Shown: positions 45,273-55,324, counted from the first letter of the stretch. The stretch: DNA of 64,000 nucleotides from a virus (IMGVR_UViG_3300036855_000054:1-64000), one strand, 5' to 3'. The notes: generated by a model not told the origin, from the letters alone. Translations and numbers: made by a program.

Positions 45273-47969
45273 TCAGAGGATCAATCCGGACAAATCTGGC
45301 AGGAGCGCGCAGGCGCACCTCGGATGGAGGGGAGGAGCCCCGCCGTTCGGGAAGGACTGGCCGATCAGGATCGGCCCCGCGTCTTCGTTGGCTTGGCAGC
45401 GGACACACACGTTCCCCGAGCCCGTGGCCCACAGGTAACGGGTGATCCCCGGCGCGATGGTGTACCGGTCCGTGGCGGCCTGAGCGATCCCTCGGGCCAC
45501 CTCGGTTTCGGCGATCATCTCCGCCGCGTCGGCGTCCTCTAGGACCTCGGCCAGGTCGGCGTCCAGTTCGTCCACGGTGGGCTGCTCATCCACCGCATCC
45601 GCGAGCACCTCGGCCACGTCCCGCGCCCGGGTGTGGTTGATGCCGGTGGCGATCCGGTCGGCCTGGGCGAGCATGCGCTGCAACCCGGGGGACAGGTCCG
45701 CCTCGGCGATCCGCTCCGTGGTGGCCGCGGTGTCCCCGGGTTGCCACCCGTTCCACTCGGGGTCGTGCTCGATCTGACCGAGTAGGACTTGTGCGGAGTG
45801 GTCCCCGAGCATGTAGGCGTCCGTGTACAGGCCGGTCAACGTGCGCCGGATCTGCGGGGTCACGCTGAACCCCAGCGCCGACAGCCACGCGAGGGCGTCC
45901 CGGCGCCGGGCTTCGGTCTGCGGATCAGCCGTGGTGGTTTTGCGGAGGGCGAGCCACCGGGTGGCGATCATCCGGGTCGGTGCCCCACTCAAAGCCTCCC
46001 GCATCCGGGCCGCCCAGAACCTGGCGGTCTCCCGGTCCTTCGCCCACGCCGGCCACGCGTCCCGGTCCTTCGGGTCCAGGACTTTTGGGCGAGCACCACC
46101 ACCCGCAGTCTTGAACACCACGCGGTCCAGTGGCACCTCGTGGAGCATGGCGTCGGTGCGGGTCGCAGCCTTGAACACGAACGGTCTGCGGCCCACAGTG
46201 TGGCCGTTCTTGTGCCACTTCCAGAACGCCGCGATCTCCGCCTTCGCCGCGTCCTGCCCGTCACTGGCGGGTTTCGGCTGCCCCTGCCCGGCCGCCGGTT
46301 TCGGCGCCGGTTTCTGCCCCTGCTGCTGCCCGGTCGCGGGGTCCTCGCTGCCAGGCTGGGCGTCCTCACCCTCCGGTGGGGCCGTTGACGGCGGGGCCTG
46401 CGCAGGGGTGATCATCTCCCCCGGAGGCGCCAACTTCGACGAGTTCTCCAGGAAGATGATCCCGCGGCCGGTCTCCACGATCGGCATGTCGGCCTCGGCG
46501 AAGGAGTACGGGGCGCGGCCCTGCTCCTCCCGGGACTCGTTCAGGGTCAACCGGCCGCCCTTGACTTGGCGGTCCAGCACCTCATCCGCCGCGTCCTCAT
46601 CCTCAGAGTCCAACCCGAGGAAACGGAACTCCAGTTCGTCGGGCATCCCCAGGTAGGTGCGGGAAATGCCGGTGAGCACGCCCTGCAGCCACCGCTGGTC
46701 GGGGGCGTCCGCTTTGCGTTCCTGAACGTTCTCCTGGCCCTCGTGATACCCGGAGGAACCGAGGCCCTTGGATTCGGTGAACCCCAACTCGGCGATGGTG
46801 GTGTCCAGGTGCATCGCCACCAGTTTGATCAAATGCAGGTCGTAGTCGGGTTTGAACTTCTCCCCAACATCAGCGGTTTCCTGCGGGTGCATCCCCGGCG
46901 GCAGCAGATGAAACCGCATCCGCTCCAGCGTCTTACCGGAATAGAGATCGTTGAACGCGCGGGAGTACTCCGCCAACTGCTGCGGGGTCCACGACTCGGC
47001 GCCGTCGTTCAAAATCCACCCGGCGGGGGCCACCCCATCAGACCACTGGCCCCTATTCCACTCGTGGCGCCTCAAGTAGAGGTCCACATCGGTCAGCGCC
47101 TGCTCCACCCCGGACATCCCGTAAGGGGAGAAGGTGCGAAGCTCACGGCGCCGGTAAATCAGGCGGTCCGCGGTGTACCCGTTGAGCACCTTCCCGTCGG
47201 TGTCGCAGTCCGCGACGAACTCCCCCCGCGGGAACCCCCACAACACCTGCTGGTAGGCGGGCTGCGGAGGCATGGGGCGGCCACCGAGATGATCCAACAA
47301 CGGCTTTACCGTGGATCCGTCGAGGATGCGGAACCCCATCTGCTGCCCGCCGCGGTTGCGGTACGGGTAGATCGCCAGGGCGTCCAGCACATGGTGCTCT
47401 TCGAGCCCCTTCGTGGCCCACGCGGCGAAGTCCTCACCTTGCTGCGGGTCGGGTTGCTGCCAGAACTCGATGAGCCGCGCGATCTCCGGGTTCAGCTTGT
47501 CCCGCAGATCCTTCTTGATCTGCACCGACGACGTGTCGGGGTCCTGCTGCTTGTAGGTCTGCAACGCCCGCTTGGTGATGACAATGTCCCATTCGCGGGC
47601 CGCGAGCTTGCTTTTCCGGATGCGGATGCAATCCCTGACGATCGGGATTTCGGCAGCATCCCGGAGCACCTTCCACGGCACGTGCCGGTCGGAGACACCC
47701 GGGAGGTTGATCGTGACCGGGTACTCGTAGATGCGGGGTTCGCTGCGCCCAGATCCGTCATCGCGCGGCGGGTCGATCAGGGAGGGCTGCAGGGGTAGGC
47801 CAGGCCCGAACGGCACCTGCGGGTCGGTGCGGGGCAGCATCGTCGCCAGCTGGCCCGTCTTGTTCTGGGACTGCAGCAGTGCCTGCACCTGCTCGGCGGT
47901 GAACGTGGCAGCGGGTGCGACAGGGCGCGCCGCGGCCTTCGTCAGATTCCGGTGGCGGCGCTTCGACAC
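45273..47969 (-). CDS. Portal protein fused to a MuF-like minor head domain
   Basis: ILDGSTVKP, YGMSGVE, LTLNE.R; C-terminal IAETE, CVRC..N, PPLHPRCAC. Confidence 0.9.
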   Translation of the reverse strand: MSKRRHRNLTKAAARPVAPAATFTAEQVQALLQSQNKTGQLATMLPRTDPQVPFGPGLPLQPSLIDPPRDDGSGRSEPRIYEYPVTINLPGVSDRHVPWKVLRDAAEIPIVRDCIRIRKSKLAAREWDIVITKRALQTYKQQDPDTSSVQIKKDLRDKLNPEIARLIEFWQQPDPQQGEDFAAWATKGLEEHHVLDALAIYPYRNRGGQQMGFRILDGSTVKPLLDHLGGRPMPPQPAYQQVLWGFPRGEFVADCDTDGKVLNGYTADRLIYRRRELRTFSPYGMSGVEQALTDVDLYLRRHEWNRGQWSDGVAPAGWILNDGAESWTPQQLAEYSRAFNDLYSGKTLERMRFHLLPPGMHPQETADVGEKFKPDYDLHLIKLVAMHLDTTIAELGFTESKGLGSSGYHEGQENVQERKADAPDQRWLQGVLTGISRTYLGMPDELEFRFLGLDSEDEDAADEVLDRQVKGGRLTLNESREEQGRAPYSFAEADMPIVETGRGIIFLENSSKLAPPGEMITPAQAPPSTAPPEGEDAQPGSEDPATGQQQGQKPAPKPAAGQGQPKPASDGQDAAKAEIAAFWKWHKNGHTVGRRPFVFKAATRTDAMLHEVPLDRVVFKTAGGGARPKVLDPKDRDAWPAWAKDRETARFWAARMREALSGAPTRMIATRWLALRKTTTADPQTEARRRDALAWLSALGFSVTPQIRRTLTGLYTDAYMLGDHSAQVLLGQIEHDPEWNGWQPGDTAATTERIAEADLSPGLQRMLAQADRIATGINHTRARDVAEVLADAVDEQPTVDELDADLAEVLEDADAAEMIAETEVARGIAQAATDRYTIAPGITRYLWATGSGNVCVRCQANEDAGPILIGQSFPNGGAPPLHPRCACALLPDLSGLIL

Positions 47970-47985
47970 TGCGACACCCCCGGGG

Positions 47986-48138
47986 TCAGTCCTGGTTGAC
48001 CATCTGCCACTCGCCCGGGTTGTCACCATCGCGGTGCAACAGCCACGTCTGGCCGCACCCGCAGGTGTAGAAGGTGACTGTCAGGCCGTCACCAGGATCG
48101 GGCGGGGCGCACTCGTGCTCGGGATCTGCGGTGGTCAT
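47986..48138 (-). CDS. Small Cys protein
   Basis: HEC...CGCGQTW; coupled. Confidence 0.5.
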   Translation of the reverse strand: MTTADPEHECAPPDPGDGLTVTFYTCGCGQTWLLHRDGDNPGEWQMVNQD

Positions 48139-48533
48139 GAGCGAACCTCGACGATCGGAAGCATGGTGCGCACGTCGGCGTGGTAGGAGCAGCGTGGGGA
48201 CAGGGAGTCCGCGATGCCGCGACTGTCCGGGTCGTGCGGGGAGCGGCCATACCAGGGGAACTCCGAGCACACCCGCGGCCTGTCGTCATGCGCCTCGCAC
48301 TGGCGGGTGTCCGGGTTGAACTGGTCGCAGCGCACCCGGTGCACGGTGTCGCCGTCGGCGGCGGTGAAGGTGCTCGTGCTTGTCCAGTTGTCCAGGAAGA
48401 ACTGGTACTGGTGACGCGCCCAGTCCGGCATCTTGTCGCCGTCCTCAGCGATCCTCGCGGCAGCGCGTTCCTTCGGATCGAAAGTGATGATCACTGGGTC
48501 GCAACAGTCCCCGCATCGCGCACAGTCAGTCAC
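48135..48533 (-). CDS. YkgJ family cysteine-cluster protein
   Basis: CARCGDCC...C...C..H..RPRVC..FPW. Confidence 0.82.
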   Translation of the reverse strand: MTDCARCGDCCDPVIITFDPKERAAARIAEDGDKMPDWARHQYQFFLDNWTSTSTFTAADGDTVHRVRCDQFNPDTRQCEAHDDRPRVCSEFPWYGRSPHDPDSRGIADSLSPRCSYHADVRTMLPIVEVRS

Positions 48534-48802
48534 GGGGCGCGCCCCTCCACGGCCTCCAGGATGCGTCGGTGCGTGTCCAGCAACTCCCGGTGGCGTAGAT
48601 GGAGACGCCGCAGGTGGCGGCGTCCCCACAGCCACAGCGCGATCCCGCACAGCACCGAGGCGAGGATGTTCGGGTAGGTCTGCACCCACCCGTCGTGCAG
48701 ACCACCGAGAGGCCACAGCACCCACAGCAAAGCGGCCACCGCACACCCCCGCCGCACGTAGCGAAAACGATCGCCCGCACCCGCTGTTCCGCTAGCCGCC
48801 AA
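48530..48802 (-). CDS. Small membrane protein
   Basis: YPNILAS plus TM segment; start uncertain. Confidence 0.5.
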   Translation of the reverse strand: MAASGTAGAGDRFRYVRRGCAVAALLWVLWPLGGLHDGWVQTYPNILASVLCGIALWLWGRRHLRRLHLRHRELLDTHRRILEAVEGRAP

Positions 48803-49037
48803 GCACGTCGTGAATGGTCACCGGGATGTTGACCGGCACCAGCAGGTCGTGCACGTTCACCGGTCCGGCGTTGACCGGTGCGCACACCACGTTGTCGTGA
48901 CACACCGGGACGTCCGTGCCCGCCGCCGCCACGCCACCGAGTACGAGGAACCCGGCGGGGACCACCGCGGCGCACACCGCAGCGGAACGACGAACCGAAG
49001 GGAACCGGGGGGTGCTGGTCGCAGAGTGTCGAGCCAT
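48792..49037 (-). CDS. Small secreted Val/Pro/Asn-rich peptide, chaplin-like
   Basis: Signal peptide ending AAA; NVVCAPVNAGPVNV, VPVNIPVTI. Confidence 0.5.
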   Translation of the reverse strand: MARHSATSTPRFPSVRRSAAVCAAVVPAGFLVLGGVAAAGTDVPVCHDNVVCAPVNAGPVNVHDLLVPVNIPVTIHDVLGG

Positions 49038-49040
49038 GAG

Positions 49041-50552
49041 TTATCTCCCGAGAGTCAGTGAAGCACTGTTGTCTTGCTGCTGGTCACTGCTGACCAGTTG
49101 ATCGAGGAAGCCCGTCGCCGAGCCCTTCGGGGTGTAGAACGCCAGCAGCAGGGCGTCCGCGTTGTCCGGGGACCGGCCGAGACGCTTCCGGATCTCGTCT
49201 TTCTTCTCGATCCGGATCCGGCCCTTCGGCCCGACCTCCCAGCGCGGCTCCAACAACTGGGCCACCGTGGTGTCCGCGTTGTCCATCCCCGACAGGTCCC
49301 ACTGCCGGTCCTGCGAGAGCAGCCGGCCGATCTCCCACCAGATCTCGGCCCGCACGTTCTCGAACTGGTCCACCCGGCGGGCCGCTGTCGACACGTTCAC
49401 CGGGACGATCCGGGCCTGATGCCGGTCCGCGGCCGCCATGTTCTGCAACTCGCCGATCACGCCGCGGCCGACACCGATCTCGTCGACCTTCACCGCAGCG
49501 GCGCCGGTTTCGCGGATGGCCCGCAGGATCAGCGGGGCGATCGTGGACGGCTGGTCGGAGAACTCCCGCCACTCCCGGCCCGCCACCACGCCGCGGCGCT
49601 CCCGGACCACGGTCTCGTCCCCGCCGCCACCCACATCGACACCCAACTCGACCGGGGTCAGTTCGCCGGCGGCCCGAGGGTCGTGCGGGGCGATGCGGCA
49701 CGCGGCGAGGTCGGACCCCCGGATTACCCGGCCGGGGTCGTCGACAGAGAACTCGCCGAGAACCTTGGAGCGGTAGATGGGGTTGTCTTCGCCCCACTCG
49801 AGGAGCTTCTCCTCCGCCCACGACCGGCTGATCAGCAGCTGGCGCAGCTCGTCGGGGACCTGCTCGTCGGTGAAGTTCGGGGTGTCGAACGCCGAGACAC
49901 CGATGACGTGCCACAAGCTGCCCGGGTTGCACACCCGGGCGAAGTGCGACGCCGAGTTGTCCGGGTTGCCGATCGCGAGGATCCGACAGTCCGGGTTGGT
50001 GGTCAGCGCATCCGCAGCGACCCACAACTGCTCGGGGATGCCGGATGCCTCGTCCAGCACCACCAGCACCCACCGGGCGTGGATGCCCTGGAAGGCCGCC
50101 TCGTCGTGGTCGGCGGGTTTGCGGCCGAACGCGACGAGATCCTCGCCGAGGTGCCATTCGGTTTGGTTCACGCGCCCCGGCAGGTTGCCCTTGCGGTGGG
50201 CCTGCCGGATGTAGCGCCACAGAATGGCCCGGACCTGCGCGTAGGTGGGTGCCGTGGTGACCACGAACGCCTCACCGGGCGCGTGGACACTGAGCCACCA
50301 CGCCACGATCCGCGACGCCAGATGCGACTTGCCGGCCGAGTGGCAGGAGCGGACCGCGGTGCGGCGGTGCTCCACCACGGCGCGCATGATCTGGTCCTGC
50401 TTGGACCACACGTGCTCGTCGAGACGATCAACGACCCACAGCGACGGGTCGGTGAGGTGGGCCGCGGACTGCTGGTCCTGTTCGAGTTCGTCGAGCGCGG
50501 ATCCCCACGCCGCCCGGTCAGCTTGCGAGAGACAAATGGCGTCGAGCGACAT
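49041..50552 (-). CDS. terL: Terminase large subunit
   Basis: SCHSAGKS, TAPT, VLDEASG, IGNP, LGVDV, SPDNADAL. Confidence 0.93.
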   Translation of the reverse strand: MSLDAICLSQADRAAWGSALDELEQDQQSAAHLTDPSLWVVDRLDEHVWSKQDQIMRAVVEHRRTAVRSCHSAGKSHLASRIVAWWLSVHAPGEAFVVTTAPTYAQVRAILWRYIRQAHRKGNLPGRVNQTEWHLGEDLVAFGRKPADHDEAAFQGIHARWVLVVLDEASGIPEQLWVAADALTTNPDCRILAIGNPDNSASHFARVCNPGSLWHVIGVSAFDTPNFTDEQVPDELRQLLISRSWAEEKLLEWGEDNPIYRSKVLGEFSVDDPGRVIRGSDLAACRIAPHDPRAAGELTPVELGVDVGGGGDETVVRERRGVVAGREWREFSDQPSTIAPLILRAIRETGAAAVKVDEIGVGRGVIGELQNMAAADRHQARIVPVNVSTAARRVDQFENVRAEIWWEIGRLLSQDRQWDLSGMDNADTTVAQLLEPRWEVGPKGRIRIEKKDEIRKRLGRSPDNADALLLAFYTPKGSATGFLDQLVSSDQQQDNSASLTLGR

Positions 50553-51075
50553 GAGGCATCGCCCTCCGCTGCTGCTCTGTCAGCCCGAGCTCGGGGTCGT
50601 TCAGCACGGCGCGCAGCACCTCGGCGATCAGCGCTCCCTGCTTCTCGGCGAGGTGGACCTGCCGCTCCGCTAGTCCTGCCGCGATGGCCTTGGCGCAGAA
50701 CCCGGCGCACCGGTCCCGCTCGGCCGCTTCCAACTGGGCGAGGCCGCGCACGTACTCCCCGGTGGGCCCGAACTCCCCATAGGACTGGGCGACCAGAGCG
50801 GCCCGCAGGTTGGGGGAGTCGGCCACCAGTTGCTCGAGCTCGTCGGCGTACCGCTGTGCGCGGGTAGCGGCCTGGCTGACCAACCGGAGCAGGGTCTCCC
50901 CGGGGTCCGTGGTGGTGTCACCGAGGCCCCAGCGCATGACCTCGCCCCGCACCGCTGCCTTGGCCCTGGCGGTGGGATTGAACAGGTGCCGGTTGCACTT
51001 GTCGGACCCGTCAACTCTCCAGCCTCTGCACGGGTCTCCGTTGGTCTTGCGGGCGGTGCAGCGCTCGCCATTCAC
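50518..51075 (-). CDS. terS: Terminase small subunit
   Basis: RCTARKTNGDPC...C..H N-terminus; AGLAERQV; upstream of terL. Confidence 0.72.
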   Translation of the reverse strand: MNGERCTARKTNGDPCRGWRVDGSDKCNRHLFNPTARAKAAVRGEVMRWGLGDTTTDPGETLLRLVSQAATRAQRYADELEQLVADSPNLRAALVAQSYGEFGPTGEYVRGLAQLEAAERDRCAGFCAKAIAAGLAERQVHLAEKQGALIAEVLRAVLNDPELGLTEQQRRAMPHVARRHLSLAS

Positions 51076-51218
51076 GCATGCCTCCCTCTCTGCATCCAGA
51101 GATGTCTCAGAGATGGGGAGAGATGCGAAACAAGATCACCGCCGCTGGCGATATCCCTGGTGATCAGAGCCGTGTCCTGCTGGTCATCCCCTGCTGTTGA
51201 CCTTCCGAAGGGCACGCC

Positions 51219-52394
51219 ATGGCGACGATCGCCCCCGCTGGACCTGTCACAGTGCCACCCGTCGTCGTGGTGGGCAGCCGTGCCCGCGTGCTGGCAGCCC
51301 GTGTCGCAGCCCCTGCTGGCCTGTATGTGCTCACCCAGGCGCTTGTCGTGGCGGTCGCCGCAGCCATGGCCGCCGTGCAGGGGCACACGCTGAACCTGCA
51401 CGCATGGGACGGGGACTGGTATCTGCAGATCGCCCGGCACGGCTACGCGGCACCCGCCGGCCTGGCCGACGCTCACGGGCCGGCGTCCTGGTGGGCGCCG
51501 ATGGCGTTCTTCCCCGCCTACCCGCTGCTGGTGCGGGCCGTGGCGCCGCTGGTCGGGTGGCACTGGGTGGTGGCCGGTGTCGCCGTGTCCCTGGCCGCGG
51601 GGATGGTGGCCGCGTGCGGTGTCGCCGCGCTCGCCCGGCGTGTCACCGGCTCCCGGCGGGCCGAGTTGCTGGCTGTGGTGCTGGTGGCTGCCGCGCCCAT
51701 GAGCATCGTCCTGGCGATGACCTACCCCGCTGGGCTGGTGATCGCCGGGACCGTGTGGGCACTGGTGGGGGTGCTGCAGCGGCGGTGGGTGCTGGCTGCG
51801 CTGGGTGCGGTGCTCGCCGGGGCCTCGGCGCCGGTGGGGCTGCCCGCGGCGGTGGTGGTGATGATCGGCGCCCTGGTGGCCATCCGCGACGGTCAGGGAC
51901 CGCGCTGGTGGCCGGTTGTGGCGCTGTTCGCGGCACCCACCGGGGCGTACGGGTACCTGCTGTGGGTGGCGCGGCAGGTGGGGTCGGTGTGGGGCTGGTC
52001 CCAGATCCAGCGCCAGGGTTGGGACACCGGCTGGGACGGGGGAGTGTCCACCGCCCGGTTCCTGCTCGGTTCCCTCACCGGCCGGGAGGTGTTCCCCCTG
52101 GTCACCGCGGCGGTCGTCGTGGCCGCCGTGGGGTTGCTCGCCTGGGCGTGGCGGCGTCTGCCGTGGCCGGTGTGGCTGCACGCCGCGCTGCTGCTGGCGC
52201 TCGTACTGGGCTCGGGTGGCATGGTGTGGGACAAGGCCCGCGATCTGCTGCCCGCCGCTGCGCTGCTCATCCCCGTGGCCGTGGTGCTGGCGTCGAAACC
52301 GGGCAGGGCCGGGGTGCTGCCCGTGGTTGTTCTGGTGGCGTTCGGGGTGTGGTTCAGCGGGTACGGGCTCACCGTGTGGCCCTACTCAATCTGA
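51219..52394 (+). CDS. GT-C membrane mannosyltransferase (PIG-V/Gpi18-like)
   Basis: WDGDWYLQIARHGY, AFFPAYPLL, QIQRQGW; about 10 TM helices. Confidence 0.82.
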   Translation: MATIAPAGPVTVPPVVVVGSRARVLAARVAAPAGLYVLTQALVVAVAAAMAAVQGHTLNLHAWDGDWYLQIARHGYAAPAGLADAHGPASWWAPMAFFPAYPLLVRAVAPLVGWHWVVAGVAVSLAAGMVAACGVAALARRVTGSRRAELLAVVLVAAAPMSIVLAMTYPAGLVIAGTVWALVGVLQRRWVLAALGAVLAGASAPVGLPAAVVVMIGALVAIRDGQGPRWWPVVALFAAPTGAYGYLLWVARQVGSVWGWSQIQRQGWDTGWDGGVSTARFLLGSLTGREVFPLVTAAVVVAAVGLLAWAWRRLPWPVWLHAALLLALVLGSGGMVWDKARDLLPAAALLIPVAVVLASKPGRAGVLPVVVLVAFGVWFSGYGLTVWPYSI

Positions 52395-52615
52395 CCTACG
52401 ACGTGAGCGAGGCGGGGAGCGTCGGCCGCCGCTCACCCGCCTCTACGGCTTTTGGTCTTAACCGGAGCCGTCAACCGCTCGGCGAGGGGAGTACCAGCGA
52501 CCCCTGACGTTGTCTGCGCAGGGGGCGGTTGGCCACAGGTTAGGTGGGTTGTTGGCGCGGGCACAACACCGGGGGTGACACCACTACCGCCCGTGCACCT
52601 ACGTGTGCAGAATGA

Positions 52616-52825
52616 ATGTTCATGCCCGTGGATCCCACCTGGAACGAGACGAGAGCCAGGATGCACACGTGGCTCGTCGTGACCGGCGAGTCATACGGCT
52701 CCAACGGCCCTGTCGATTCGGTCACCGTGGAGAACGTGCTGGAGTACTGGGACGAGATGGTGCGCCGCCGTCCCGAGCTGGTCCGGATCCTGGGGGAGAT
52801 CCACGCCGAGGACACCAGGAGCTAG
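52616..52825 (+). CDS. Hypothetical protein
   Basis: GC3-biased short ORF. Confidence 0.5.
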   Translation: MFMPVDPTWNETRARMHTWLVVTGESYGSNGPVDSVTVENVLEYWDEMVRRRPELVRILGEIHAEDTRS

Positions 52826-53161
52826 CTGCCCTTTGTCCGGCGCTTCTACCCACAGGCGAATTGCAACTCTGAGCTGTCGATCTGCGGCGGCAGGTTTTGG
52901 TTGCGCATGCGCGCCATCGGAGCACCGACCGCTGGGCTCAACGCCGTCGCGGGACCGGGCCTCGGTGTCAGCCAGCGTCAGATCGCCACCCTGGCCCGAT
53001 GAAAAGAGGAGGACAGGGCCTGCACCACCATCGCGGGCCGGAGGAGGCGGCGAACACCGCATCGCGCCGCCGAGACACGGAAGCCCTCACCGTGCCGTGG
53101 CGAGGGCTTCCAAAACCAGGTTGAAGAAGACACAGCAACCCAGATCGGAGAGTACAGCATC

Positions 53162-53260
53162 ATGGCTGCGCACGTTTATTCGATACACATGGCCCCGGGC
53201 GGCTCGACGCACGAGCACATCGAGCGTGTCCGCTACCTCGACACCCTGACCGCGTCGTGA
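53162..53260 (+). pseudogene. DUF3892 N-terminal fragment
   Basis: MAAHVYSIHMAPGGSTHEHIERVRY then early stop; GGAG RBS. Confidence 0.6.
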
Positions 53261-53489
53261 TCCGAGCCTGCCGGGCGTCGGCAACCCCTTCGCCGCGGGA
53301 TGCCGATCCACCGGAACGGCTCATCGCAGTCCTCGCAGCGCACCCCCGCAGGGCTCGACCCAGGGCAGCCCCGGGTCAGCGTCGACGAGACCCGAACTGC
53401 GGGCACCGCTGCGGCCCGCGTCATCAGACCCCGACTTCGGCCTTGGTATCCCTGGCTTCGCTGTCCGGGTTCACGGAGAGGATTGAGCG

Positions 53490-53720
53490 ATGGGCATCCC
53501 CGATCTGGACAACCGGTTCAGCTACCACGCGCCGCTGACCGAAGGGCGGCGTCACGCCCACGAGACGGTGCGGCAGGAATGCCGTGACCTGGCCGGGCTG
53601 CTCGACGGGCTCCTGCCGGACGGGCGGGAGAAATCGACCGCCATCACCAACCTCGAACAGGTCATGTTCTGGGCCAACGCGGCGCTGGCACGCCAGCCTG
53701 ATGCTGGTGGCACCCGTTGA
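53490..53720 (+). CDS. Acb2/Tad1-like helical hairpin protein
   Basis: NRFSYH.P...LPDGREKSTAITNLEQVMFWANAALAR. Confidence 0.78.
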   Translation: MGIPDLDNRFSYHAPLTEGRRHAHETVRQECRDLAGLLDGLLPDGREKSTAITNLEQVMFWANAALARQPDAGGTR

Positions 53721-54070
53721 GCGCCGCGTACTGGTGGGAGACCCGCCGGGATGGCGAGCCCACGGCCACCTACCTCGCCCGCGTGCTCGACGACCTCGGC
53801 GCAGCTGATGTGGCCACCCAGGCCCGACGGTTCCACTTCGATGACTACTTCTGCCCGGAGTCCGTGGATGACGGGGCGAACATCCATCGTCTCGTGTTCG
53901 CGGTAGAGGACTGGGCCAGGTCCGCGACCCGTGACCAGCGTGAACGGGCACGTGTTGTCAGCGCGGCCGCGAAGACGGGGGAGTTCGACGGCACCCGCGA
54001 GGAATCCCAGCAGTGGGCCGCGAGCTCCGACGGGCAGGCAGTGTTCCAGGACCTCGTCGAGGGCCGCTGA
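53717..54070 (+). CDS. Hypothetical protein
   Basis: HFDDY, GEFDGT.EES..WA.S.DGQ; coupled. Confidence 0.65.
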   Translation: MSAAYWWETRRDGEPTATYLARVLDDLGAADVATQARRFHFDDYFCPESVDDGANIHRLVFAVEDWARSATRDQRERARVVSAAAKTGEFDGTREESQQWAASSDGQAVFQDLVEGR

Positions 54071-54244
54071 CCGTGATCCGAGCCTGCCCAGCCTTCCAGG
54101 ACCGTCACGTCACCGGAACAGGCTGGCACTGGATCCCCTACCTCGCCGGGCGCAGGATCAGGACGGTCCAGGCGCGAGACGCGCTGCTGTGATCGGCCTG
54201 GAGTTCAAGTCACGGCGGCCTAGGACACGCCACCTACCGCTGAG

Positions 54245-54619
54245 TCACTCGCCGGACGCCTGCTTGTCGACACGACGGGTATCGAGCGCTTCCTTGCCGT
54301 CAGCCCAGTCACAGGCCGCCAGGAGCGCCATCGCGAACGCGCGACCCTCCGTGGTCCCGACGGCCTCCATGTCGCCTTTGTGCTGGAACGAGGCGCCCTC
54401 ATAGAACACGATGCCTGGTTCCTCATCGAGGGTGCGCACCAGGAGTGGCGCACCGCCCCTGTCCTCTTTCGGCACGTGCCACTCGGCGCCCAGCTTCTGC
54501 CTGTTACTCCGCTCGAAGCGATCCGGCTTGAGCGGCGGCGCGTACGGGCCCAGCGCTGACGCCAGGTCCGTGAGTTCGGTCCGAAGCCTGGCCAGGAGAA
54601 GGCGCGGATCAGTGCTCAT
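54245..54619 (-). CDS. Hypothetical protein, leaderless
   Basis: GATAAT 6 nt upstream of ATG. Confidence 0.6.
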   Translation of the reverse strand: MSTDPRLLLARLRTELTDLASALGPYAPPLKPDRFERSNRQKLGAEWHVPKEDRGGAPLLVRTLDEEPGIVFYEGASFQHKGDMEAVGTTEGRAFAMALLAACDWADGKEALDTRRVDKQASGE

Positions 54620-54786
54620 CCGCCCATTATCACAGGTCAACCGCATACCCACTCGTGCAACACACCTAGATCGCCACGACCCGGGGAGGTCACTGTGGGC
54701 GAACACCACTGGACCGACGAGTTCAACGAGTCCGACGACGAACACGACCTGGCCCTGGCAGCGCGGCGTGTGCAGCCCTTGGTGGC

Positions 54787-55041
54787 ATGAAGGTCGATAC
54801 TGGACCAGTGGATCACCGACGCAGTGGACCGCCACGCCCCACCGGGCGCCACCCAGCCCTGCGCGGCGGCGTGTACATCCCCGGACCGTTGGCCGACCGG
54901 CTCACCGACAGACGCTGCCTGGTGATCATCACCGTAGGTCTCACCGCCCTGTGCAGCATGACCCTGACGATCCTGCTGCTCCTGGGGATCCTGCTGCCGG
55001 TCGTGTACTCCAGATGGCCACGACCGGCACAGGGCGACTGA
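54787..55041 (+). CDS. Small membrane protein
   Basis: C-terminal TM; coupled to a 31-aa acidic ORF at 54695-54790. Confidence 0.5.
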   Translation: MKVDTGPVDHRRSGPPRPTGRHPALRGGVYIPGPLADRLTDRRCLVIITVGLTALCSMTLTILLLLGILLPVVYSRWPRPAQGD

Positions 55042-55324
55042 CGGCCCGCTGAGAGCGATTCTGAGACGTCGAACCGGGCCGGCCGGGGTGACGGGATGGC
55101 CGGAAACGACCACCTAACAGCAGTGATCGTCGTGGAGGACTGGTCCGAGGTGCCGGCCGACGGTCACCGCGCGCCCACCTTGACGTACCCCGAGGACCCC
55201 AGCCGGGACAGGCGGCGCGCCACCGGCTCAGCCCTGACCATGCCGTCCCCGTGGGTGGGGCATGAGGGTGGGGTGGTGGACTCGCTGGCCTCACCGCAGG
55301 GATGGACGGGGCAGCGCCAGGCGG

